A stretch of DNA of 64,000 nt from Candidatus Latescibacterota bacterium (GTDB taxonomy: Bacteria; Latescibacterota; UBA2968). The stretch is taken from positions 512,001 through 576,000 of the forward strand of contig OZ242311.1 in NCBI GenBank assembly GCA_965207885.1, read 5' to 3'. The translations under genes were made by a program, and so were the position numbers. Positions 8,851 to 16,605 of the stretch are shown one piece after another. Each line of letters opens with the position of its first letter. The first letter of the stretch is position 1. Under the pieces are notes generated by a model, which ran no database searches, was not told the DNA's origin, and saw only the letters and a list, made by a program, of their open reading frames with translations.

Positions 8851-9258
8851 CGCTCCTGCCGCGGCTTGTGTGGCTCGAATATGGGTTGCATCCATCATCC
8901 AGGTCGCATAATCTAAAAGACCATCTTCACCCAATTTGAGATGTAGCTTTTCTACAATGCGATCAAAGGTGCCATCCTGTTTCCATTTGCAGAATCGGTC
9001 AAAGGCTGTCTGCCAAGGACCATATCGTTCTGGCAGGTCGCGCCAAGCTGCACCTGAACACAATATCCAGAAGATCCCGTTGAATAATGTACGATCATCC
9101 CGACGGGGACGACCCATCTTCTTCGGCGGTGGGAACAGGTCTTGGATCAGATGCCAAGCCTCGTCGCGCAGTTCATATCTCCGTTGCATATCATACTCCT
9201 TGGTTTAGGGCGTATGCTGCAACTAAAATACATACTTTACGACTTTTCAGACACTACC
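8322..9258 (-). mobile_element. IS5-family (IS427-group-like) element, copy 1, 937 bp
   Basis: 17-bp perfect TIR GGTAGTGTCTGAAAAGT, TA duplication, two overlapping ORFs with A9 slippery run. Confidence 0.95.
8827..9189 (-). CDS. IS5 transposase N-terminal ORF (DUF4096)
   Basis: GRPRRDDR, GAAWRDLPERYGPWQT, MDAT. Confidence 0.95.
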   Translation of the reverse strand: MQRRYELRDEAWHLIQDLFPPPKKMGRPRRDDRTLFNGIFWILCSGAAWRDLPERYGPWQTAFDRFCKWKQDGTFDRIVEKLHLKLGEDGLLDYATWMMDATHIRATQAAAGAKKKGQKG

Positions 9259-9580
9259 TAAGGAGATATAGCATTTCATCAACCGCTCAAAACCACTTGC
9301 TAGTAGTTGGTGAGGCAAATGGTAGAAATCATTGCTCATGTCGATCTCTTGAAGACCTCCAAAACCAGCTTTGATCAATTCCCGTGATATTTTCAATTCT
9401 TCGCAAAGACACAAAAATTTTGTAGTATCTGCATTCATTCTATTACCTCACGCGACAAACCGAAGGCTGTGTGGGCCAGTTAAGACCATGATGATGTCAG
9501 TATAGAATCGATAAGCACCGGCATAATCTCACACAACGACCCGTCGAGCCAAGTCTCCCAAACCGACACTTTGTTATCCT

Positions 9581-10525
9581 TCAATTTGTTTTTAGGCGTT
9601 GTCGTAGTTCATCGACAGAGAGTGCCGGCTTCTCTCTATGAAGCATGGCATGACAGTTTGGACATACTGGGCAAAGGTCTTTGATAGGGTCAACCTCATA
9701 CTCACCGCGGATGCTCGAAAGCTCCTTTCTATGATGCACATGAATGAACCCCCGTCCGATATCCCCGTAGTATTCCTCAAAACACATCTTGCAGACCGAG
9801 CACCTGTATCCATGCTCTTCCAAGCATTTCTCTCGAGCTTTAACATTGCGTTCATACGCATTCACTGTCACCTTCCTTCGTGCTCCCTCAATTAATGGCT
9901 CTTGTGGATCAATCTCATCAGGATAGACGTGTACACCGCTTAGTCCTATTTCCATTAGTATTTTATCTCGTATTTTTTCACTTTCTGGTTTATCAGCATA
10001 CCAGATATTTGATTGACCCATTCCACCTTTAACCCCTTTTGGAATTTGAATATTTCTTTGCTCAATTGGTAATAATTTGTAGTTTGATTTCTCTGCAACA
10101 ATGCGGTATCCATCGATATTATTTGTTTTATGGCCTGGTGGAGCTTGATCAAATTTTTGATACTCTCGATAAACAGTTGCATTTTTGTACCAACCGACAA
10201 TGACTCTTCCTCTATCTGAATGTGTGGCAGTCCATATAACATTCACATTTTCAATAAAAACATCATTTTTTTTGGCACCTAATCTATTGATGTTGATTTT
10301 TGAACGTGAAAAATACTCATCAGTCCCAGATTTGATGTTCTCACCTAAACGCCCTGATGGAGGCTGAACATATCCGTAAATTTGATTTTCATAAGGTGCA
10401 AAATTACAGACTTCAAATCCATGACCTTCTCTATCGACGTAAGATCCACCACCACCAATTTTATCATTATCGTTTTGACCTTGATAGTATTTCATCCATC
10501 CGACATTACAAAATAAATAGACCAT
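9581..10525 (-). CDS. HNH endonuclease (McrA-like) with N-terminal putative DNA-recognition domain
   Basis: EG...YERN...CSVC...IHVHH...CPNCHAMLH. Confidence 0.9.
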   Translation of the reverse strand: MVYLFCNVGWMKYYQGQNDNDKIGGGGSYVDREGHGFEVCNFAPYENQIYGYVQPPSGRLGENIKSGTDEYFSRSKININRLGAKKNDVFIENVNVIWTATHSDRGRVIVGWYKNATVYREYQKFDQAPPGHKTNNIDGYRIVAEKSNYKLLPIEQRNIQIPKGVKGGMGQSNIWYADKPESEKIRDKILMEIGLSGVHVYPDEIDPQEPLIEGARRKVTVNAYERNVKAREKCLEEHGYRCSVCKMCFEEYYGDIGRGFIHVHHRKELSSIRGEYEVDPIKDLCPVCPNCHAMLHREKPALSVDELRQRLKTN

Positions 10526-10586
10526 GAGCACTGGACTTGACCCGTTTTAGTGGACAACTTATCTCTTTCAGAGAAAGGAGTCCGCA

Positions 10587-10898
10587 ATGGGAAGAAAAAG
10601 ATCATATCCATCAGCATTTCGCCAGCAAATGGTCGCGCTGGTCAGATCAGGCCGTAGTGCCAGCGATTTGGCCAAAGAGTTTGAGCCGACCGCTCAGACG
10701 ATCAGTGCCTGGGTGCGTCAAGCAGACCGCGATGAAGGCCGTCGGGACGATGGGTTGACCAGTCGTGAGCGAGAAGAACTTCAGCGGCTTCGCAAAGAAA
10801 ATAAACGCTTGCGTCAAGAGCGTGAGATCCTTGCAAAAGCCGCGGCCTGGTTCGCAGCGGAGACCGATGCGATACCCCCAAAATCTTCAGATACATAA
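10587..10898 (+). CDS. IS3 transposase OrfA (HTH)
   Basis: YPSAFRQQMV, leucine-zipper-like ELQRLRKENKRLRQEREILAKAA; AAAGGAG RBS. Confidence 0.92.
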   Translation: MGRKRSYPSAFRQQMVALVRSGRSASDLAKEFEPTAQTISAWVRQADRDEGRRDDGLTSREREELQRLRKENKRLRQEREILAKAAAWFAAETDAIPPKSSDT

Positions 10899-10927
10899 AG
10901 GCGCATCAGGCCATCCATCCGATCACC

Positions 10928-11779
10928 ATGCTATGCCGCGTGCTGGGTGTCTCCACCAGTGGGTATTATGCCTGGTGTAATAGACCTTTATCTAAACGGG
11001 CAAAGGACGATGAAAAGTTAACAGAACAAATAAGCACCTTTCATCAGCGTTCTAATGGAACCTATGGCGCACCGCGTATCTTTCAGGATCTGCGCGAAGT
11101 AGGTGTCCACATCAGCAAGAAACGGGTCGCAAGACTGATGCGACAAGCCAATATATGTGGTGTGAGCCGAAGAAAAGGTATCCTGACTACATACCGGTCT
11201 ATCACAGACGAGAAAGCCCCTGATCTGGTTAAGCGAGACTTTAGGGTTGATAAGCCCAACAAGCTGTGGGTCGCTGATATTACCTACATAAAAACCTGGT
11301 CTGGCTTTTTGTATCTCTCTGTTGTTCTCGACGCCTTCTCCAGACGCGTAGTTGGTTGGGCAATGGCCTCGCATCTGAAGACCCAACTGGTCTTAGATGC
11401 CTTGGATATGGCACTTTGGAACCGACGACCAGATGGGGTCATCCATCATTCAGATCAAGGCGCTCAATATACCTCTTATGCCTTTGGTCAACGCTGTGCA
11501 AGAATGGGGGTCAAACCCTCTGTCGGATCGGTTGGCGATTGCTTTGACAATGCCTTGTGTGAAAGCTTCTTTGCTACCCTTGAATGCGAGTTGATAGACC
11601 GGCATAGCTTCCCCAATCATAATCAGGCCAAACTGTCTATCTTCGAGTATATTGAAGGGTGGTATAACCCACACCGCAGACACTCTGCGATCAGGTACCA
11701 ATCGCCCATCACCTATGAAAAACTGATGGCAAAAGGTGACGGGGTTGAAAGTTCTACACTATCCACTAAAACGGGGTAA
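10928..11779 (+). CDS. IS3 transposase OrfB (rve DDE integrase core)
   Basis: WVADITY, HHSDQGAQY, DNALCESFF, YNPHRRHS. Confidence 0.95.
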   Translation: MLCRVLGVSTSGYYAWCNRPLSKRAKDDEKLTEQISTFHQRSNGTYGAPRIFQDLREVGVHISKKRVARLMRQANICGVSRRKGILTTYRSITDEKAPDLVKRDFRVDKPNKLWVADITYIKTWSGFLYLSVVLDAFSRRVVGWAMASHLKTQLVLDALDMALWNRRPDGVIHHSDQGAQYTSYAFGQRCARMGVKPSVGSVGDCFDNALCESFFATLECELIDRHSFPNHNQAKLSIFEYIEGWYNPHRRHSAIRYQSPITYEKLMAKGDGVESSTLSTKTG

Positions 11780-11784
11780 CTCCA

Positions 11785-12011
11785 TTTTCACTCTTCTCTT
11801 GGGACTTTGTTCCCTTTTGTTGTGGGACCCATTCTCTTGGATTAATTGGGGAAGTTGGGCAATGTACCCTAAATTCCTACACCTCAAAATCTATGTCCAA
11901 ATTATGCTTCCATTTATATTTCTTAATATTCCTCTATGGAGACACTGGTTTAGATGGATTGCTTTGGTTGTTCCTATTGTATTAGCTCTGATCGCAATTA
12001 CTGCGATGTAG
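11785..12011 (+). pseudogene. 3' remnant of a membrane-protein gene cut by IS3
   Basis: Hydrophobic open frame that starts at the IS end with no native start. Confidence 0.5.
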
Positions 12012-12041
12012 TTTATATAAAAAATGCTTCTGAATTGATAT

Positions 12042-12068
12042 AAGGGAACTTTTTAGTTCCCTTTTTTT
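12042..12068. promoter_or_regulatory. Palindrome (operator or terminator) upstream of HTH gene
   Basis: AAGGGAACT-TTTT-AGTTCCCTT followed by a T run. Confidence 0.55.
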
Positions 12069-12140
12069 AGGTCAAGTCCGAACTTGAAATTATTCTGAAC
12101 ACATTGCAGGGAGAATAAAATAATCCTTATAGGAGGGAAA

Positions 12141-12425
12141 ATGCTCAGTCATAACGAATTGATCGCAAAAATGCGGTCACAGCCTGGATACAAAGAAAAG
12201 TATGATGAAGTAGCACCTGAGTTTGAGTTGCTGCACAAGATGCTTGAGGCGCGAAAACGCGCTGGCATGACTCAAGAGCAGGTCGCTGAGAAGATGGGCA
12301 CGAAGGCGACCGCGATTACCCGCTTAGAGTCTGCCAATAGCCGACATTCCCCCAAAGTAGAAACGCTGCGAAAATATGCGGAGGCCGTGGGCTGTCGGCT
12401 CAATATTGAGTTGATCCCCGATTGA
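12141..12425 (+). CDS. XRE-family HTH antitoxin-like regulator
   Basis: ARKRAGMTQEQVAEKMGT...ITRLES...P...TLRKYAEAVG; AGGAGG RBS. Confidence 0.9.
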   Translation: MLSHNELIAKMRSQPGYKEKYDEVAPEFELLHKMLEARKRAGMTQEQVAEKMGTKATAITRLESANSRHSPKVETLRKYAEAVGCRLNIELIPD

Positions 12426-12451
12426 CGTGAAGGGTATCGGTTTAATAAAGA

Positions 12452-12495
12452 AGAACGGGTAGAGAATTATAATATTCTTTACCCGTTTTCTTTTT
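12452..12495 (+). terminator. Terminator after HTH gene
   Basis: AACGGGTAGAGAAT / ATTCTTTACCCGTT stem followed by a T-rich tail. Confidence 0.65.
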
Positions 12496-12634
12496 GTCCT
12501 CGCTGACGGTCTGGCTTAGAGGGGCATGTCTTGACCCTCACCGTTTGACCCTCAAAAATTGATCCCAGGATCAATAGATAGTGGGGGTAGCAGGTTCGCT
12601 TGAGTCACAGGCGGGGTATAGCGGGTCGTGATCC

Positions 12635-13198
12635 TCATATTTCTCTTACAATGGTGTTCAAGTTGTAATCCGGCAGGTCGAATACCACATAAGAGGGGAG
12701 GTTCAATTGTTGCCAGAGGTCGAAGCCGTTTGTCCGGGTTTTTTGGGCAGTGAATAAAGAGATGACGGTGCCGTGGGTGGCGATGGCTATGGTTTTGCGG
12801 GGGTGTGTTTTTACGGCTTTTTCAACGGCTTGGGTGAATCGCAGGCGGGCCTGATGTGCTGTTTCATTGCCAAAGATCAGGTCGTTGGGGCGTGCGAAGA
12901 AGGTTTTTACGGTGGTGTGCCATGTTTCTTGGGGGATAAAGGGGACGCCTTTGCGGTCGTGTTCGTGAAGGTTGGGTGCTGATGAATAGGGGATTTGGAG
13001 GATGTCGGCGACGAGTTGTCCCGTTTCTCGGGCTTTGGGTTCTTCGCTTGTGATGAGGAGGTCTGGTTTATAGGGGCGCAGTGCTTCGGCGAGCGGGGTG
13101 CAACTTGCGCGTCCGCTGTCCGATAGTTGCCAGTCTGGGGCGGATTGTGTTTCGTCGATTTGAGGCTGGGCGTGTTTGATCAAGATGAGATGGTTCAT
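12635..13198 (-). CDS. Histidine phosphatase (phosphoglycerate mutase-like) family protein
   Basis: LILIKHA, SEEPKARETG, LHEHDR, IATHG motifs. Confidence 0.85.
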   Translation of the reverse strand: MNHLILIKHAQPQIDETQSAPDWQLSDSGRASCTPLAEALRPYKPDLLITSEEPKARETGQLVADILQIPYSSAPNLHEHDRKGVPFIPQETWHTTVKTFFARPNDLIFGNETAHQARLRFTQAVEKAVKTHPRKTIAIATHGTVISLFTAQKTRTNGFDLWQQLNLPSYVVFDLPDYNLNTIVREI

Positions 13199-13205
13199 AG
13201 ACTAA

Positions 13206-14450
13206 TTAAGACGGTGTGTCCTCTGGATCCTTCCACAGCCGCACGGTGAAGCGGTGGTCCTCTTCAATCAGGTCTGGTTCGGTGCCGTTGTGGTCGCGCA
13301 TGGATCCGATGATTCGGTTGCGCACGCCCATGCCGAGATGCTCCACATAACCATAATCGCGCAGCACGTCCTTCACGAGTTCGTTTCTGGATACGCGCAG
13401 AACGCCCTCGCGCATTTTTTCTACTGTGACGCTATTGGGTAGCCGCCCTGGCGAGATGACTTCGAGGCGATCGCGGTACATAGAAACTTCGACATCTGTA
13501 CCAACCAATGTGTAGTCCCTGTGAACAACGGCGTTGACTATTGATTCCCGAACAGCCTCGAGTGGAAGTGCCTTTTTGCGGATACGCCGTCCGCCTTCGA
13601 GCCAGGCGATGGTGTGCAGGTTGCGGTTGACGAAGTCCACGGCCTGGTCAATCACGCCTTTCTCTTCGACGCGGCCGCGTTCTGACATGATCGAAACGAG
13701 AGGGCCTCGTATCACTTCCTCGTCAACGGTATCGTATTCCTTCTCATTGCGGGGAAAGGCGGTCGCCGTGATTCCGGCCTGAGGCACGCGGTAATTTGGA
13801 TTTTCGCCGAATAGCAATAACCCGGCGACGGTGGCGGCAGTGATTCCCCCTGCTTCGACGAGGAGGCCCGTGTTCAAGAGAAGCCGACGCCACGATTCGC
13901 GATCGTTGACAGACGGCGCATCGCGCTTTAATAGAACGCGGAAGTAGTTGTTGAGCCGGTCTATATCGAGGCTATCCAATCCCATGTCGAGTACGGGCTT
14001 GATCTCATAACGCATCAGACGGCTGGCCTGATAAAGTCGGCCTTCTTCGTCTCGGGTCGCCTCGCGCGAGGTGCTGCCGACGCGTACGAATGTTACCCAG
14101 TAGGATCCACGCTTGGCTTTATAGGGTTTGCCCGGGCTGTCTGCTGCGATGCGGATGACGCCCACGCATTTACCGCTATCGAAGGTGATGGAAGACCAGG
14201 AAGGAATGAACTCTGGCTGTATATGCGTGCGCGCGATCTCCATGACCCATCGCTCGGCTTCCTCCCGATTCCTTGTCAGACCGGAAATCCTGCCGTCGTC
14301 TTCCACGCCCAACAGAATCAGGCCACCTTCAAAGTTGAGCAGGGCGGACATTTCTCTCGCAATGGAATTGGGATGGCTATCGTCGCGCTTAAATTCAACG
14401 CCGGAGTTCTCGCCATTTCTGATTATCTCTATCAGATCGGTTCGGTTCAC
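13206..14450 (-). CDS. AlbA_2 (Schlafen-like) domain plus RecG-C/HATPase-like protein
   Basis: GENSGVEFK, SALLNFEGGLILLGVEDDG, RESIVNAVVHRDY, SPGRLP; GTG start with GGAG RBS. Confidence 0.9.
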   Translation of the reverse strand: MNRTDLIEIIRNGENSGVEFKRDDSHPNSIAREMSALLNFEGGLILLGVEDDGRISGLTRNREEAERWVMEIARTHIQPEFIPSWSSITFDSGKCVGVIRIAADSPGKPYKAKRGSYWVTFVRVGSTSREATRDEEGRLYQASRLMRYEIKPVLDMGLDSLDIDRLNNYFRVLLKRDAPSVNDRESWRRLLLNTGLLVEAGGITAATVAGLLLFGENPNYRVPQAGITATAFPRNEKEYDTVDEEVIRGPLVSIMSERGRVEEKGVIDQAVDFVNRNLHTIAWLEGGRRIRKKALPLEAVRESIVNAVVHRDYTLVGTDVEVSMYRDRLEVISPGRLPNSVTVEKMREGVLRVSRNELVKDVLRDYGYVEHLGMGVRNRIIGSMRDHNGTEPDLIEEDHRFTVRLWKDPEDTPS

Positions 14451-14628
14451 GTTTTTTCTCCATGGGGTGAGGGACTTCCTGTTCTCGACCATTCTTACAG
14501 GTCTTAGCCGTCCATAGTGGTCATGAACCGGATAGGTTGCCTGATAAATATAAAGAGGGATAAGTAAATAAAACAAGACAAATACGGGGAAATCCGGTTT
14601 CGGACTGCGACATCTGCGTCGCGGTGTC

Positions 14629-14657
14629 TTGCATATTGGGGCGGTGTTCGGTATAAT
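14629..14657 (+). promoter_or_regulatory. Sigma70-type promoter
   Basis: TTGCAT-17nt-TATAAT. Confidence 0.65.
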
Positions 14658-14665
14658 TTACTTTT

Positions 14666-15199
14666 ATGGATATTGATATTCGCTCTCTGAAATCGTCTGA
14701 GGTGTCTCGGCTTCGGTATTTGCCGTTTTCCCGTAAAGAAACGCAGCGGCGGCGGTTTATGCTACAGGAATCCGGCAGGCTCGTTTTTTTTGTGGCCTGG
14801 TGGGGCAATTTGCCGGTGGCTCAGGTTTTGCTCAATTGGGAAGGCGGCGATGCTGCTGGCGTGCCGCCGCAAGTGCGACCATGGCCCGAGGTGTCGTCGC
14901 TTTTTGTGCATCCAGATTATCGGCGGATGGGTATTGCGTCGCGGTTGTTAGATGTGTGTGAGCGGACTACTTTTCAGCGGGGCTATGAGAATATTGGTCT
15001 GTGCGTTTACGTGAAGAATCATCCTGCGCTCAATTTGTACGCTCGCCGCGGGTACAAAGATGCGGGATGGGAACCGTATTTGGCCCGGGGTGTTTATACT
15101 GATGCCAATGGCGGGCAGAGTAACTGGCGAGAGACGCGCGTTTATTTGATTAAGTCACTCAGGAAAAAATATGAATCCAGATCCTTTTGTTCAGTTTGA
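14666..15199 (+). CDS. GNAT N-acetyltransferase
   Basis: LFVHPDYRRMGIASRLL, NHPALNLYARRGY. Confidence 0.88.
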   Translation: MDIDIRSLKSSEVSRLRYLPFSRKETQRRRFMLQESGRLVFFVAWWGNLPVAQVLLNWEGGDAAGVPPQVRPWPEVSSLFVHPDYRRMGIASRLLDVCERTTFQRGYENIGLCVYVKNHPALNLYARRGYKDAGWEPYLARGVYTDANGGQSNWRETRVYLIKSLRKKYESRSFCSV

Positions 15200-15752
15200 T
15201 ATGTGGTTTGAAGAGGCGAGGGCTTCGGAGCCGACTCTGCCCGAGGCTGTGGCTCTGGCGACGGCGACGCGCGATGGAAAGCCTTCGGTACGTATGGTGC
15301 TGGTGAAGCAGTGCGATCAAGAGGGGTTTGTGTTTTTTACGAATCTGGAGAGTCGCAAGGCCGATGAGTTGGCGGAGAATCCCAGAGCCGCTTTGCTGTT
15401 TCACTGGAAGTCGCTGGTCAGGCAGGTGCGTATTGAGGGACGGGTTGAGGCTGTTTCGGACGAGGTGTCCAGGGTGTATTTTGATTCGCGTCCTCGAGGT
15501 AGTCGCTTGAGTGCGTGGGCGTCTCCACAAAGCGAGGCGATTCCCGATCGGGCGTTTTTGGAAGGTCGCGTGGCAGAATTGAGTCGTAAATATCCGGGAG
15601 AGGATGTGCCGCTGCCGGATTTTTGGGGGGGCTATCGGGTGGTTCCCGATCAGTTTGAATTTTGGGTGAATAGGGATGATCGGTTGCACGATCGGTTTTT
15701 GTATGTTCGGCAAGATGATGGCGCGTGGCAGCGCGCTTTGCTGGCACCGTAG
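15171..15752 (+). CDS. pdxH: Pyridoxamine 5'-phosphate oxidase
   Basis: PSVRMVLVK, FFTNLESRK, RQVRIEG, WGGYRVVP, EFW, RLHDR. Confidence 0.96.
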   Translation: MNPDPFVQFDMWFEEARASEPTLPEAVALATATRDGKPSVRMVLVKQCDQEGFVFFTNLESRKADELAENPRAALLFHWKSLVRQVRIEGRVEAVSDEVSRVYFDSRPRGSRLSAWASPQSEAIPDRAFLEGRVAELSRKYPGEDVPLPDFWGGYRVVPDQFEFWVNRDDRLHDRFLYVRQDDGAWQRALLAP

Positions 15753-15764
15753 AGGAGGATGGGA

Positions 15765-16487
15765 ATGACCAAACTCAGTGTGAATTTGAATCGGGTGGCG
15801 CTGTTGCGGAATAGCCGGCCGCTTACTTTTCCCAGTGTGACAAAGGCGGCGCAGGTGTGTATTGATGCGGGGGCGCATGGGATTACGGTGCATCCCCGGC
15901 CCGACGAGCGGCATATTCGCAGGACGGATGTTTATGAGTTGAAAGAAATGATTTCGGGGGTGGAGTACAATATTGAGGGCAATCCCTTTCCCGATTTTAT
16001 GGATATGGTGCGGGATGTGGTGCCAGATCAGTGTACGCTGGTGCCCGATGAACCCGATCAGAGCACGTCCGATCACGGTTGGGATTTGAGACGGGATGGC
16101 GAGCGGCTTGTGCCGATTATTGCGGAGTTGAAAGGTCTGGGTATTCGGGTTTCTCTGTTTATGGATCCGGTGCCAGAGGATATGGTTCTGGCAAAGGATC
16201 TGGGTGCGGATCGCGTTGAACTTTATACGGAGTCTTACGCTTCTGCTTATGACGGAGGCGATGTGGGACCTGTTTTTCGACAGTACGCGGATTCGGCGCG
16301 CGCAGCACAGGATGCCGGGCTGGGGGTTAATGCAGGGCACGATCTCAATCTCGATAATTTGGGGGAGTTTGTGACGATTCCCGGGATTCTCGAGGTGTCT
16401 ATTGGTCACGCGCTGATCGCAGATACTGTTTTTATGGGGTTGGAGAATACGGTGAAGGCGTATTTGAGGGTGTTGGGGTATGGGTGA
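15765..16487 (+). CDS. pdxJ: Pyridoxine 5'-phosphate synthase
   Basis: LSVNLNRVALLRNSR, GITVHPRPDERHI, NAGHDL, EVSIGHALI. Confidence 0.97.
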   Translation: MTKLSVNLNRVALLRNSRPLTFPSVTKAAQVCIDAGAHGITVHPRPDERHIRRTDVYELKEMISGVEYNIEGNPFPDFMDMVRDVVPDQCTLVPDEPDQSTSDHGWDLRRDGERLVPIIAELKGLGIRVSLFMDPVPEDMVLAKDLGADRVELYTESYASAYDGGDVGPVFRQYADSARAAQDAGLGVNAGHDLNLDNLGEFVTIPGILEVSIGHALIADTVFMGLENTVKAYLRVLGYG

Positions 16488-16517
16488 GGTGAGAGGCTAA
16501 CATCATCCCCAACGCCA

Positions 16518-16546
16518 TTGACAAAGCGATTTCATTTGTTTATTAT
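16518..16546 (+). promoter_or_regulatory. Sigma70 promoter of the tig-clpP-clpX operon
   Basis: TTGACA-17nt-TATTAT. Confidence 0.75.
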
Positions 16547-16605
16547 TGCACGTTGGGCCAGCAGTTAGTGACCGAAGTATTATAAAGAAAGGATTATCCA
16601 ACGCG

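Larger units (their letters stand above)
7468..9438 (-). pseudogene. HEPN-like/YebY-like gene interrupted by IS5
   Basis: Removing 8322-9258 and one TA joins ...CYISL to VYEGEKGSYPDMKYM... in frame, giving 343 aa. Confidence 0.85.
10532..11784 (+). mobile_element. IS3-family element, 1253 bp
   Basis: TG...CA ends, imperfect TIR sharing CCCGTTTTAGTGGA, orfA plus orfB; no target duplication visible. Confidence 0.93.

Noticed and set aside
15159-16409. 416-aa minus-strand ORF
   Set aside because: Antisense shadow of pdxH/pdxJ with no recognisable motifs
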